Made by a program: the position numbers and the translations under genes
Assembly: GCF_009914755.1 (NCBI RefSeq)
Contig: NC_060938.1
Source of the DNA: the human T2T-CHM13v2.0 reference genome, Homo sapiens
DNA length: 64,000 bases
Strand: one strand, 5' to 3'
Shown here: positions 45,421 through 63,329 of the stretch, piece after piece
How positions within the stretch are numbered: the stretch's first letter is position 1
Layout: the number at the start of each line of letters is the position of its first letter
The notes under the pieces: model-generated
Told to the model about the DNA's origin: nothing
The model's input: the letters and a program-made list of their open reading frames with translations, nothing else
Databases searched by the model: none

Positions 45421-45927
45421 TTTATTAGTCTTTGTTTTCTCAAGGAAACAGGACCAATAGGAAATCTGTCAAGGGGATTTATTGTAGGAAGGCCAAGGAG
45501 TCCCGCCATCTGCCATCTGCAAGCTGGAGAACTAGGGAAGGTGATGGTGTAATTTAGCTGGGTCTAAAGGCCTGAGGACCAGGAGAGCCAATAGCCAATG
45601 GTGGTGCTGGCAGAGGGGGATGGGGATGACTTACTGCTGGTGTGAGTACCAGAGCCAAAGACCTAAGAACTAGGGGATCTCCAGTGTGCAATGGAAGGAG
45701 AGGATAGATGTTTCAGCTCTAGGAGAGTGAATTCACCCTTCCTCTGCCTTTTTGTTCTACCTGGGCCCTAAACCGATTGGATGATGCCCACGCACATTGG
45801 TGAGAGAGGATCTTTCCTGAATCTACAGATTAAATGCTAATCTCTTCTAGAAACACTCTCACAGACACACCCACAAATAATGTTCTACCAGCTATCTGGG
45901 TACCCTTTAACCCAGTCAAATTACACA
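45421..45927 (-). mobile_element. MLT2-family LTR (3' LTR of the HERV-L)
   Basis: gattggatgatgcccac..cacattgg, aatgctaatctcttctagaaacactctcacagacacacc, cccagtcaa; directly abuts ERVL internal sequence. Confidence 0.88.
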
Positions 45928-48900
45928 AGTCTACCTTGTCAACTTAACATCCATACACATCCCCTTAAACCATACCTAACCTCCAAATAAAGACAATGAC
46001 AAGGTCATAATTCCACCTATCAAGGTACAATGATCCTGTGTACAACTGAAAGTGCACTTATCCCTTCTCTGGAAGTGGAGGTGAAGTCCTTGAGTGATGT
46101 TTACTCCTCTCCTGAGACTCTGTAACTTAAATAGTATAGAAAATTATCATTACTGAAATACTGACATAAAGTCATTAACATCTTGTGTGATAAGGGAATA
46201 AGAGAGGAAGGAAAACAAGGATATTTACTTAATATATGTTTATATACACACAAACGTATTCATAACAAAATAGGGAGGAAATACTCATGGTAATTACAAT
46301 CTTCCTTTCTGTAACTGGTCACATGGTCACAGATGGTATCATAACTAGCTTTCCTACTACTCATTCTGTATTCCCTTTGCCTTCAGCTGGTTATGATTCT
46401 TTATCTGGTCGGGTGGCTTAAACCTTCATTTCTGAAGGGTCTGGATCATTGGCAGTTCTGCCTGGATTGGGTTGTTGTCATTTTTCATTGGCCTTAGTTG
46501 CTGGGCATGGTAATACTAAGAGAAGCTCTAAACGATCTCTTGTATTCCAGACATACTTTTCCTTACCTCCACTGTGGAATAGTAGTCCAGTTTCTTCTTG
46601 GTAATCTGGATGGGTCACTCCAGCCAACACTGTAACTCCTTTCTTGTCCTGCTGACTCAGAGGCATGAGGAGCCCAAAGTGGCCTGATGTCCTTAACTTG
46701 CATTTCAATGGAATTATTGTTGTGTCTCCTGCTGGAAGCATTCTTCCCTCTGGAACTAAGGCCAGCAGAGCATAAAGTTGTGGGAATAGGAAGCAAACAT
46801 TTTGCCAGTGACCCACTAGGCGTAATGGTGAGTGGTGCCACCCACTCCCATTTCCACTCCTGATTCCTATACCTGTGAATCTTGGCTGTCAGAGAAGCAC
46901 TACCATATAGCAGATGCTGATTCAGAGCATATACAGTCTTCTGGCTAACCTTGCTCCAAGCCCTGCAAGGTGTTGTCAGCTACATAGCATGTAACTGAGT
47001 CTTCAGAAGATTGTTCCATTGTACAATCAAATCAGCTACTTCAGGATGGTGCTTTATGATGGTAGGGAACATGGTAAGACTATTGAATTCCGTGAGTTCG
47101 GGCCCCTTTCCTCATTTTGTGGTCTGTGAAGTGAGTTGCTTGGTCAGAAGCAATGCTTCTTATTCACTATGATGGTGAATAGGGCATTCTGGAAGTCCAT
47201 GGTTGGTGGTTTTGGCAGAGGCATTGCATGCAGGAAAGGCGAATTCATCTCCAGAGTCAATGTCCATTCCAGTAAGGATAAAACACTGTGCCTTCCTTGA
47301 TGGAAGAGGTCCAGTGTAATCAACCTGCCACCAGTTAGCTGGCTGATGACCCTGGGGAATGGTGCCATAAAGGGGGCTCAGTGTTGGTCTTTGCTGCTGG
47401 CAGATTGGGCACTCAGCAGTGGCTGTAGCCAGGTCAGCCTTGGCGAGTTGAAGTCTGTGTTGCTGAGCCCATGCCTAACCTCCATCCCTGCCACCATAGC
47501 CACTTTGTTCATGAGCCACTGGGCGATGACAAGTGGCTGGGAAAAGAGGCTGACTGGCATCCATAGAATAGGTCATTCTATCCACTTGAAATCCTCCTCT
47601 GCTGAAGGTTACTCTTTGGTAAGCATTCACATAGGAAACTAATATCTTCATGTTTTTAGCCCATTCAGAATGGTCTGTCAACATACTTCTCCCCCAGATT
47701 TCTTTGTGACCGATTTTCCAATCATGTCTGTGGACATCCAGCCATGCCATTGGCTACAGCCCATGAATTGGGTATATAATTGCATGTCTGGCCATTTCTT
47801 CTTTCAGGCAAAGTGCACAACCAGGTGGACTGCTGAAGTTCTGCCCACTGGGAGGATTTCCCTTCACCACTGTCCTTTGAGGATGTCACAGGGAACGGCT
47901 ATAATACTGCAACTGTCCACTTTCAGGTGGTGCCTGCATGTAGTGCAGAATCATCTGCAAACTAGGCCCAAGTCTTCTCTTCCTGTGTCAGCTGATTGTA
48001 GGGAATTGCCCATGAGGCCATAGGTGCAGGCTGGGACTAGAGAAGACAGTGTAGCAGGAGTGGGGACTGTGGGCATTTGAGCCATGATGACATTTAACTT
48101 ACTTGTGCCTTCAGGATCTGCTTTCGCCTGATCGTGTATATACCACTTCCATTTGATGATGGAGTGCTGCTGTGCATGCCCAGCTTTGTGGCTTGGTTGA
48201 TCATATAATACCCAATTCATGATGGGCAGTTTGGGTCATATGGTAACTTGGTAGCCCATGATTAAGTGCTCATTTTCTACCAAGGCCCAGCCCAAGAGCT
48301 GTCTCTCAGAAGGAGGGTAGCCATCTGTAGGTGATGGCAACACCTTATTGTAAAATCCTAAAAGCCGGTGCTGCAATTCATTTGTAGGATCCTGCTGAAG
48401 AGTCTAAATGGCATCTATGTCTGCCACTGATAGACACTTCAGGCAATGTTGGAATCTGCTGGATCATATGGCCCCAGTGGAAGAGCAACTTGCACGGAAG
48501 CCTGGATCTATTGCAGAGCTTTATCCCATTCTGGGCCTCATTCAAAACTAGCAGCTCTTTGGGTCACTCAGTAAGTGGGCTAGAGTAACACGCCCAAATG
48601 CAGAATATGTTGCCTCCAAAATCCAGATGGGTCCACTAGTCATTGCACTTTTTGATGGTAGGAGGGGCCAAATATAACAACTTGTACTTCATCTTGGAAG
48701 GGATGTCTTAACATGCCCCACACCTCTGGACCCATAGGCATTTCACTGAGGTGGAAGACCTGCATTTTATCAGATTTGTTTCCTGCACTCTTAACACACA
48801 AATGTCTTACCAGTAAGTCTGGAGTAGTTGCTGCTTCTCACTCACTAGATTCAGTCAGCATAATGTCATCAGTGTAATGGTCCAGTGTGATGTCTTGTGG

Positions 48901-49398
48901 AAGGGAAAGGTGATCAAGATCCCTTCACACTAAATTATGATGTGGGGCTGGAAAGTTGATGTACCTCTGAGGCAGCATGGTAAAAGTTATATTGTTGGCC
49001 TTGTCAGGTGACAGCAAACTGATTTTGGCTGGCCTTGTGGACAGGTATGGAGAAAAGGGCATTTGCTAGATCAACAGCAGCATACCAGGTACCAGGTGAT
49101 ATGCTGATTTGCTTAAGCAATGAGACCCCATCTGGTACAGCAGCTGCAATTGGAATCACTGGTTTGTTAAGCTTATGATAGTCCACTGTCCTTTTCCAAG
49201 ATCCATTTGTCTTCTGCACAGGTCAAATGGGAGAGCTGAATTGGAAGATATGGTGGGAATCATCACCCCTGCAACTTTCAAATCCTTGATGGTGGCACAT
49301 CTCTGTAAACCCTCTAGGAATGCAGTATTGCTTTGGATTTACTGTTTTCCTAGGTAGAGGCAGTTCTAATGTCCATTTGGCCTTTCCCACTGTAATAC
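45928..49398 (-). mobile_element. HERV-L (ERVL) internal region: decayed pol (RT, RNase H, integrase) and dUTPase; gag and 5' LTR absent
   Basis: ORF 49004-49219 [17 protein letters not shown]...[15 protein letters not shown] (RT); HYTDD at ~48865-48879; QQHSIIKWKWYI (47951-48220); DWKIGHKEIWGRSM..VNAYQR (RNase H); integrase-like AHEQSGYGGRDGG; ORF 46478-46816 GHFGLLMP..GVTVLAGVTHPDYQEETGLL (dUTPase); many stops and frameshifts. Confidence 0.92.
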
Positions 49399-49636
49399 TT
49401 TGGAAGCACGTAACTTGTTTGATTTCACAGGCTTACAGCTGGAAGGGAATTTGCCTCAGATGAATCATACATTTGAGTCTTCCCTATATCTGATTTAGAT
49501 GGCATTTAGATGAGACTATGGACTTTAAACGTTTGAGTTGGTACTGGATTGAGTTAAGACTTTTGGGGCTATTGAGGTGGAATTAATGTATTTTGCACGT
49601 GAGAAAAACATGAATTTTGGAGGGGCAGGGGCAGAA
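49399..49636 (+). mobile_element. 3' end of a MaLR internal region with polypurine tract
   Basis: ttgatttcacaggcttacagctggaa..gatgagactatggacttt..gagttaagacttttgggg..; PPT ggaggggcaggggcagaa directly before the LTR TG. Confidence 0.8.
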
Positions 49637-50304
<668 letters not shown>

Positions 50305-50619
50305 ATGAATCTGTTGTTGATAGTTAATAGCTCTCACAATGAAGCCAAAAATAAATGTGATTAGTGAGGCAACACTGAAGCAAGTGTTTCCCTGTCTAAA
50401 GCAAGTTGGGACTTGAGCCTCCTCTTTCTGTGCCTTTGATTTGCCTCTCCTCCATCCTACTCCATGAATTTGTTTAGTACCACTTCTTCCATTAGCTGGT
50501 GAGGACACCTGAGGCTAGGTACAATGTGGGCTCTGGGATTCTGGATTTGTCAGGGTGGTGCAGTAGAGTGCTCACAGAGATCTGGCGGACAGAGATCTTG
50601 ATTTGAGGCTGGTCCTTGG

Positions 50620-50795
50620 GCCAGCTTTAGCCCTGCTGGTACAGATTCTGGGCAAGGTTTGATCTAGTTTCCTTTTTTGTAAAGTATTAAGATGCCTGTT
50701 GTCCCTGACTACTGAGAGGGTGCTTGCGAAGATCGAAGGAGAAATAGTACATGGAATCACTTTGCATAGCACTATAAAATGTAAGATCATGCTAT
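50620..50795 (+). mobile_element. MIR
   Basis: ctgggcaag..tagtttcctt..tgtaaa...gagggtg..gaagatcgaa..cactataaaatgtaag. Confidence 0.6.
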
Positions 50796-53700
50796 TAAAA
50801 ATAATATGTTGCCCATGTATATCTATGAATTGATATATATATTAATTGAACCCTCTTACTAATGTGGCAAGAAACTCAAGCCCTACGACATTGGGGCAAC
50901 TAAGAACAACTCTAAGGAGTCTAATGCAACATATACTCGAAATGTGTTTCAGTTGCCTGATGATAATTTTTTTTTTTATATTTGAGTAGTCAACCTGAGA
51001 CCTCTTATTATTTTCAAGTAGTTTCAGACTGGAACTTAGGATACTTTTCACTGGAATGCATTTGGTAGAATATCCCCTGGGACTTTCAGCTTGATGGAGG
51101 GATATTGAACAGATACCTACTTCCTTAGTATATTGCTCTGTTTACTGACTTGGTTTGTACCTCTGTAAGAGCATAGAGAAGGCACCAAGTAGCACCAAAG
51201 GGGATATTTCTTTGTTCTTTTCCTTTTAGTTGATATATCAGAATTATTTTGGTTGCAAGCAAGAGAAACTAAATTTAAGACAAACACACACACACACACG
51301 TACATAGCAGAAGAATATGGGGCAGTCTTTGTATCTGTAAGGAAGACTGGAAAGCATAGGAGACTTTGGGCATTTAGGGTTCCAGGAAGAAAGTCAATTT
51401 CTCACATCTTAGGTCTGCTCAGCATCACATTTCTAGCAGGATTGGGGGTGGGATGGGCCTGACATGATACCAAGAGTGCAGGGAATGGAGGTGGGTCATT
51501 CCTTGTAAAGTCAATCTCTGTATGCTAGGCAGGCAAAAACAACAACAGATTTCAGTAGGATTCTCAGTTGTCTGAAACTAGAAGCAATTTAACGTGCTTA
51601 TTCACTAGCATGGGTTAAGCTGCCTTTTCATTTTTGCTGAAGTAGAAGTTTAGAAAGATGGAAAAGGGAAGGATCATCACTAGATTGGGAAACATTTACC
51701 CTGCAAATGCAATAGGAGGGCCCTTTCATTAGAACCTGGGAATGGACTGGGACACTAAGTAGCATCCCTGTACTATTTTAAAGTCCTGTGGATGGCTACA
51801 TAGGTTGGCATTGCCCAACTCCAGTCACATGAAGTGCAGCATGAATAGTGCCTCTGGAGTTGTACAAGTTATAGTTCCACCTTTCCATGTCTCTGTTTGT
51901 CAGATTTTTCCCCCACCTTGTTTTCTACTTTAATTAAAATGCCTAGCATACATCTGTAGAATTTCCAGTAAAACTGACTGTTTTGAATTAAAATATTGAG
52001 TTGCCCAGAATAAAATGATTATATGGTATACCTTTAAAGTGCGTCTTTTACATTCCAGTTTAAGCTTCTGGTTCTTTACAGACTCCCTTACAAATACTGT
52101 TGGTGCTTTCATAAAGTGACTTGTGTACAGAAATAGGCTTACATGTGAACAAGGATGGTGTGAACAAGGATGGTGTGGTGTACCTTTTCATTTCCTTTTC
52201 TTTGCCCCTTACTCCTGAAAGTATGCTTTCAGGGAATAGGAGGGGAAAAGTCTCTGGTTCCCCATTACAGACTGACTATGTAGGTCACCTTCTTGTTATC
52301 TTACGTAGTTTCACTGAGACGGCCATGAGATTGTGAGACCTGTGTTTGTGTGAAGGTCCTGAAGGACTTGTTTGGGATGGCCAGGTACTAGAAGTATGAT
52401 TTGCAAGTTTAATTTGTTCCAACACCTAATATTCCTATAGTATTTATCTTGTGCTGCATAAAATATGCAGAAAAATGGGAGGATTCACATATAGGCTTGG
52501 ATTCTCCCCATGTCTCATTATCTCGATTATGTGTCACCTCGTGCTTGTTCCACTTTTTCCAGTTTTCCAGACCAGATCTGGTGCTCCAGAACATGATTAG
52601 GAGAAGCTGTTCACATTGTAAGCCCTTTCACTAAACTTGATTCTTTTGAGGGTAGGGATAGGTTGTGTTTCCATCAGTGCTGGGCACACAGAGGACACGT
52701 AGTCCAAATGTGTTTGAGTTCATAGAGCACCCATAGGGGCACCCAGGACTAATGAATGAATGGTACTCCTTGTTCCACAGGCAGGCTATCCCAGTGAGAC
52801 GCGGGGATTTCTTACCCCTAGTCATTGCTACCAGTTTGTATCTCTGCCACACACCGAAACAGTTGAGGCAGGAGTCTTCTAGAAAAGGTTTACCTGCAAG
52901 TAAAGACAACTTAGAGCATAGAACTTGGTTACTAGTAGAAACCCTTTGAACTTTTTTGAAGAAGTCCTGGAATTACATGTTTCAACCCACAAGTTGTTTT
53001 TTCTTACCACTTTTTTTTTCTTCTAAATCTTAAGGGAAGAAAAAAAATCATAGGCTGTAATAATGAAATCTTTTAAATTTGTGGCATGATGGGAAAATGT
53101 AATCACAGTGTCAACATTCTGTCATTCTCTATTCATCTTTCTTTATGGAAAAAAATAATTACGGTGGTTTTCACTGACAAAGTTCCAAGGATCTAATGGT
53201 TTCCCATGACATAAGTTAGATGTTAAAGATGTGTAACCTATAGGTAATATCAGCTTCTCAGAAAATTTAGAAATGATACTCTTGCCCAGTATTGTGTCTC
53301 CCTCCTCCGCTCCCCAACTTCCAAGAAAAAAAACTAAAGGAAGGGGAAATTGTATTTTTACTATTGGTTGAAAATGGTTCGGAGTATCACTTGACTTTTA
53401 ATGAAATCTGGAAATTCACTTAACTCCAACTGCTTTGTCTTCCCACACATTTCGAATGAATGTTAAAAGGAAAATACCTCTGTAGAAACAGGGCTATTTT
53501 TAGATTTCACTCATATATTTGGGTTTCATCACTCAGATTCTTTTCCCTCAGGGCCAGAGAGTCGTATTTGTGTGTTCTGTGCTTGATGGCTTTTTCTTAT
53601 TCTCCACTCAGAACCACCTGGAGGCCAGCACACTCAGTCCACATGTCCATTTATAATCTGAATAAATCATGTATTTTCCTTGCCTACCTTTTCCCTCTGC

Positions 53701-55411
53701 CTTTCCCCCAAGTGTTGTAGATCAAAAGGTTACTTTGTTTTGGACTTAGCTATGGTTTTAAATAATTTATTTCACCTGGATTCTAGTGGCAGTCCATTGG
53801 TAGAATGGATACTCTGTTTCCGTCTTTTCCCTGAGTTCTAAAACACTTCAATTTTTGATTGACTTTTAAAAGTTACATTGTATTTAGAAAATGTTAGAGA
53901 AATAGTCTAACAAATTCCTTTTAATGAGGATTTGGTTATGAATATTGTAGTTCTGATTAGCAAGCAAGTATTAAAACTAAAAAGCATTTAATGGGCTGAT
54001 TTTGAAGACTCCTCGCAGGGTGTTTCTTCCATGTGTGCCATTTTGCCCAGCCCTACATGTCAGCAGTGGAAGATATTTTGATTTAGTATGTTTTTACCAA
54101 AGACACTCCCACTTTTCATTGAGCGAATGATGCATTTTGTAGTGTGTTTTTCATTATGGTTAGAGGAGATCTTCCTTGAGACCAGTGTGTCATTTGGCTT
54201 TTGATTTTTGTGAGTTGTTACCTCTTTAGTCCTAAACTGTAACTTCATCGTGCAAGGATTTAACCCTAAGCATCACCCTAAATGATGTAGCATTGCATGT
54301 CAGGTATTTACTAATTCGTCTTTATGACATACTGATATGTTTTAAAAGCCTATATAATACCCTTGATTTATAAATTCACTTCACATTGCTCTTCAGAGAA
54401 GGTGTAGGTAAAACCAAGAATAAACATACAAACAAGATTAAAATGAAGACCCACACTGACTTACTATCTGTCCTGGCCCTTTGTGTATTTATTCTACTCT
54501 CATTTTTGAAGTAAATCCAGTAGGAAGATTTCTTCTTTCTTTACTTCCTAAGAGATGGCCAACAGTGGAGTTCTAAGTTCCAAAAACATGGTAACAGTAA
54601 ATAAAGTAGTGTAAAACCTGGTTGATTAAACTTCTTGGTTGAAATTAAGTAGAAGGAGGCTTAATCCCACCTTGTGGGTTAGTTTCTGCTTTTAGCAAGC
54701 CCTCAGAGGCACTTCAGTGAAGGCATGGCTCTGGCTGGTGGTTTCCATCCTGATAGGTGGCCATGGCTATTTTCCTGTCTATAAATAACTGTTCACCAGG
54801 TTGAAGTGAATGCCAAATAAGCTTCTCCCACCACCACCCATCTTAATAGTAGAATGTTTGAGATAATGGAACAGTGATAAGGGTAAATAAATTTAGCACT
54901 GTCAACCTACCAGCATAAACCTTAGCTGATTTTAAATTTAAGGCCCACTATTAACTCTCTTACCCTTGCAAATTGAATTTCAGCTGTGATGTAGTTGAGA
55001 CAAACCACACAACAGATCCGTCATTTCTCTTTGTGAAACAGCAGGTACCTGGGTGTGCCTCTTACCACTTCCTTACAAATGGGTCCCCTCAGGTGGCTGC
55101 AATGGAACTAGACTCCCAGTAGCCTTTGTTACTTGGAAGTCTGATTGGGGCAGCACAGAGACTCCTGTAACTGGAAGCAAACACTGCAGCCGAGGGGGGT
55201 GATGCTTAGAGGCTTTTTTTTTTTTTTCCCCCCACAAGCTAGGATTCCCTTACCCAGGAGGCATTGGTGTGCCACGGGGTTAACATGGAGCCTCTTCCTG
55301 GGCTGGGTTTCTTTCTATCCAAACAAATTAAATACTTAAAAAATATAACAGATACTAATTAAATTCACCAGAGACTACTAAGTTATGTAAATATAAAAAG
55401 CATTATTCATT

Positions 55412-55800
55412 GCAAGTTCTCTCTTATTTGTGGGATCTAAAAATCAAAACAGTTGAACTCATGGACTTAGAAAGTAGTAGAAGGATGATTACCAGAGGCT
55501 GGGAAGGGTAGTGGGGGGCTTGGAGGGAGTGGGGAAAGTTAATGGGTACAAAAAAACTCAGAATGAATGAGACCTACTATTTGACAGCATAACAGGGTGA
55601 CTGTAGTCAATAATAACTTAATTGTGCATTTTAAAATAACTGAAAGAATGTAACAAAGGATAAATGCTTGAGGGGAGGGGTGGGAGGGGTACTCCATTCT
55701 TCATGATGTGATTATTTCACAGTGCATGCCTGTATCAAAACATCTAATGCACCTCACAGATATGTACACCTATATACCCATAAAAATTAAAAATAAAAAG
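55412..55800 (+). mobile_element. L1MA-type 3' end, 5'-truncated insertion
   Basis: gttctctcttatttgtgggatctaaaaatcaaaac...taccagaggctgggaagggtagtgg...tacccataaaaattaaaaataaaaa; TSD aagcattatt at 55398-55407 and 55806-55815. Confidence 0.88.
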
Positions 55801-56089
55801 TTTGTAAGCATTATTATATGGCATGTGGGATTCGTTCCACTATCTTTGTTGCCAGAATTAAAAATGTTCTCTGTTGAACAACTGTGCACTTGCTGTCAAT
55901 GTCTTATGCTGCTTAAAATTATGTAGACACTAAGACAGATCAAATTCAGATATTTCAAGCAGGCAGGTGATGTACTGAACATGGGAAGGAAAGTACATAT
56001 TACTTTGTTTATTAAACACACAAGAATATATTCATTTCCACTTCCTTTTTCTTCAAACATATGGCACAGCATATTATTTTCCCACTTAA

Positions 56090-56188
56090 TATTTTTAATT
56101 GACAAATCATAATTGCATATATTTATGGGGTTCAATGTGATGTTTTGATTTATGTATACAATGTAGAACGATTAAATCAAACTAACAT
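56090..56188 (-). mobile_element. L1MA 3'-end fragment
   Basis: tttttaattgacaaat..aattgcatatatttatgggg..caatgtgatgtttt. Confidence 0.7.
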
Positions 56189-56449
56189 CTTATATTTCCC
56201 CACCTTTGATACAGATGTAAGCACAAGAAATATTTTACTTCAAATTTTTCTAAGTAGGAAAAGTGCAAGCAATAATGATGAAAAATGGTGAATGAGCCCT
56301 ACCCTTGAAGTTAAGAAAGGGTAGGGAGTAGTGGGGACCATGGCAAACTCAGCATCAGATTTGTTGATGCTTGCGAATGAAAGTCGAGCTATTTGGCAAT
56401 TAATAAAACCACATTTAAAAACACGTTATTATTTTTTAAGGGAAGTATT

Positions 56450-56695
56450 TTGTTTAGTGATTAAGACGTTGGCTCTAGAGTCAGACAGCCAGGGTTCAGA
56501 TCTCAGTTGTACCATTCATTATCTGTGCAACCTTGGCAGTATACTTAATCTTTGGGCCTCAGATCCTCACTGTATAACATGCCAGTAATAAAACTCACAT
56601 CACCGGCTTGTAGTTAGAACTTGATGAGGAATCCATTGGAAGAACTCAGTGCCTGGCATACAGTATGTGCTTAACAAACTTTAGCTACTATATTG
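56450..56695 (+). mobile_element. MIR
   Basis: ggctctagagtcagacagccagggttca...gggcctcagatcctca...gtgcctggcatacagta. Confidence 0.85.
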
Positions 56696-56740
56696 TTGGT
56701 CAACACCGAGGAGGTCTACCAAAGCATATAAGTGGACCTC

Positions 56741-56835
56741 TGCAGTGGACTAAATATGTCCTTTCAAAATGCCTATGTCAAAATCCTAATCCCAGTGTGA
56801 TGGTATTTGGAGGTGGAGTCTTTGGGAGGTAATTT
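56741..56835 (+). mobile_element. MaLR LTR 5' fragment
   Basis: aatcctaatcccagtgtgatggtatttggaggtggagtctttgggaggtaatt. Confidence 0.7.
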
Positions 56836-57510
56836 TATGAGGACTCAGCATGTGAAGTGGTGGGCACATTTGAGAAATATACTATTTGTTGAGAACTTAG
56901 TAAAGTATGCTCCAGCCTGAGAGCTAGTACTATTTTATCCCCACTTTACAGAGAGGAAACAGATAGCAAGTTAATTCTCTTGGGAAGTTGTGCCCTGGAT
57001 TTCTCCAGCAGTGCTGCTGCTTAAAGGTTGGCACTTCAGCATATTTCTCACCTTGTTTTTCTATAGCCTATTCAAGTCTGGTTATAAACACCCATACCTG
57101 TCACCACACAGCATTTACCATGAGGAGAGCTTGTTCTGCAGATCCAAGCATTGTCAAGGCCAGTTGGATGTCACACCTCCAGAGAATATCGAAACTACTG
57201 GTTCTTCCTAAATGTATACTGGTCACTGAGAGTCATAGTTTTATCAGAGAACCTCTCTGTCTTAGCCTTCCTGCAGAAGACCTTTGACTTCCTTTATTCT
57301 TGAATCTAAAAATGCAAAGTTGTCTTTTCAGATTCATAAATCCCCTAAAAAATCAGAGGGGCAAGGACATTAACAAAGGAGATGGATATGGTGGCTGTTC
57401 ACCAACATGTTGAAATTCTGTACCCTGAAACAGTCTTCTGTTTAGTTTGGAATGATAAAATAAGCCATGTAGTATGTCTCTACAGGTTTCAGAGGAATAT
57501 ATTGCATTTC

Positions 57511-60744
<3,234 letters not shown>

Positions 60745-61249
60745 GAATATATTGCATTTCATCCAAACCAGCCAATTGCTTTGAAAGAGTTATGGTGGAA
60801 CACGCATGCAGCTGGTGCACAGAGGTGGAGCGGAGACAGACCTCACTTCGTCAAATGAATAGCTTGATATACTTAGGAAAATAGACTTGATATGCTTAAT
60901 AATGGGAAATTCCCTTTCTTAAAAAAAATCCCATATTAAATGGTTACTCCATGGCTTTATAATGAGAAGAGCCCTAAATTTTGTTCCCCCCAACCCACTT
61001 TATTTACTTATTTATTCATTCATTTATTTATTTTTGGAGAATTGCCTCTTTAGTATGAAGTGTCATTAATAGTGTTCTTTCCTGAGCTGCTAGGCATTTG
61101 AATCTTCAGGTAATTTTTAGCAGATCAAAGGGAAGAAGTTGTAGCAGAATGACTAGTTTTCTATCTAGTAGGTGTTGTTTTGTTTTGTTTAATAACTAAG
61201 GACCTGAAGATGGGAAATCATTAGAATTATAATGCTCTCTGTTACTCAT

Positions 61250-61725
61250 CACACATGGTCTGGCTCTTGCTAAGCCCTGTGACCTGGCTTCTTGCCTCTT
61301 CCTCTTGTCCACTGTGCTTCAAGTACATTCGCCGCCTTTTTGTTTTTGAGCATGCCTCACCTTTTCTCCCTTCAAGCATTTGCTCTCTGGCTGGAACACT
61401 CTTTTCTTAGATTTTTGCATGGCTGTCTTCTTGTCGTCGTTTAAATATTATTTTCAGTGCCATCTTCCCAGATGTTATCTTCATGACTTTGCATTTTCTA
61501 AAGAATCACTCTTCCTTTAGCATCTCTGGCCAAGCTCTCTAAATATCCTGTTTTATCCATCTGAAATTAGAGTGATTATCTTTGTCTGTCTCCTCTCACT
61601 AAACTGTGACCTCTGTGATGACTCAGGGTGGGTAACGCTCATCTGTCTGGTTCATTGCTGGGCCTCCAACACCTAGAACAGTGCCCAAAGGTGTTCAGTG
61701 TATGTTTGTAGAATAAATTAATTAA
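61250..61725 (+). mobile_element. L2 3' region
   Basis: ctggaacactctt..ttgcatggctg...gtctgtctcctctcactaaactgtga...acacctagaacagtgccc..tgtttgtagaataaat. Confidence 0.8.
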
Positions 61726-61794
61726 TTTATTTGTAATATAAGTGGTTTTGAAAACTTTCCCAAACTTCTCTTGTTTCATGTACTTAATGGAGAG

Positions 61795-62006
61795 CAGGGA
61801 TCAGCAATTTTTTTCTGTAAGGGGCTATGTAGTACACTTATTAGGCTTTGGGGGCTAAAAGATCTCTGAGACAACTACTCGGAAAGCAGCCACAGACAAT
61901 ATGTAAACAGGAGCCTAGCTGTTATCCAATAAAACTGTATTTACCAAAACTGTTGGTGAGGGGGCACTTAGCATTTAGCCCTTGGGCCGCAATTTGCACA
62001 CCCCTA
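61795..62006 (-). mobile_element. MER58A
   Basis: cagggatcagcaa..ttctgtaaggggc...aaagcagccacagacaatatgtaaac..ccaataaaact...tttgcacacccc. Confidence 0.85.
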
Positions 62007-63329
62007 GCATAGAGTCAGTTTTAACCTACACGTGCTGGAATATATGTGGAAAGGGTGGATTGGAAGAGTGGTTGTCTTGATTACAAGCTCAGTTCATTTA
62101 GTTTTCAGCCAGGGAAATGTGAACATCTATTCTTGTTCTGTCAGAATAGAATGTGTAGTGAAAACTATTTGTAGCATGATGGAGATAGAAACATTCCAAA
62201 AGAGAGACATCCCGCCAGGTGGTGGAATACATATTAGAGGCTGTTGAAAAATTAAATACTGATCAAGCACTTAAGTACTGCAGGATTGTGGAAATACCAA
62301 GAGAAATAGTTCTAAGAACTGAAAGTTGAAAAAGTGTATTTTGACCACCCCTGAGCAAGCTAAACAATATAGGATTGCATTTAGGCTAATGTGGAATAAT
62401 TTACATAAGAAGTGAATTTAGAAAATGAAGTGATCTGACCTCATAGAGCATTTTGTCATATACTTTTTCTAATGAAGGAAGAATAAACTCAAGGATATTT
62501 ACGCTATTGGGCCTACATTTGAAAACTTGAATTTATAAAATATTTTGTGCCAGGATTGATATAGGCCTTATTGCATCTAATAAGACACTACCACATGTCT
62601 GAGCTTTCCTGTTAGCCGAAAAAACTGCTAGTCCCTGGATCTTCTCCCTACTTTCCACAGCACTCACCAAAGCAGGAGCCAGTAGGTCAGTGGGAACAGT
62701 CTCTGGACTCACTTTTCCAGTGAGTCCCATATATTCCTTTGAAGCTCTTGGCATATTTTTAGATGATATATTCATAACTTGCTTCTCCTTCAAAATTAAA
62801 TGTTCTATTTAGAATGGCTCTTGGGGATATAAATGATAATTTTGAAGAGCAGGATATTTGCTCCCTCAGATCTTTCCATCATTGAAGCCATTTAGAGAGC
62901 AATAGTAGAGGCACAAATGATTCAGGTTACTGTAATGGCTCAGGTCATGGTAAAATGAGTGTCTTGGATGCCTTTCCTCTGTGTTTTATGTTTTTTTAAA
63001 ATGAGATGTCTTCATGACCTTGTAAATGAGAGAAAGTTCAAGGGGATCCGAGGTAAATGTCTGTCCCAGATCCACAGACAACTCAAGAATTTCTCAGGAT
63101 GTTTCTCAGTAGAGATAGGGAGTGGCTGGTTGGCTTTGTGGCTTTTCAAATCCCTTGCCTTCCGCTCCACTAAGACCTAGCAGTCCTCTAAAGCCTCATT
63201 CATATTTCCCTCTTTTCAAAAAAAACGTCTGAGATCATCCTAATTGGAAGTGCCCTTATGTCCTCTGAACCCTTACGGTACTGAACACTCTTTTGTGGCA
63301 TTTGTAGTTACTGCTCTGTACGGTGGCCT

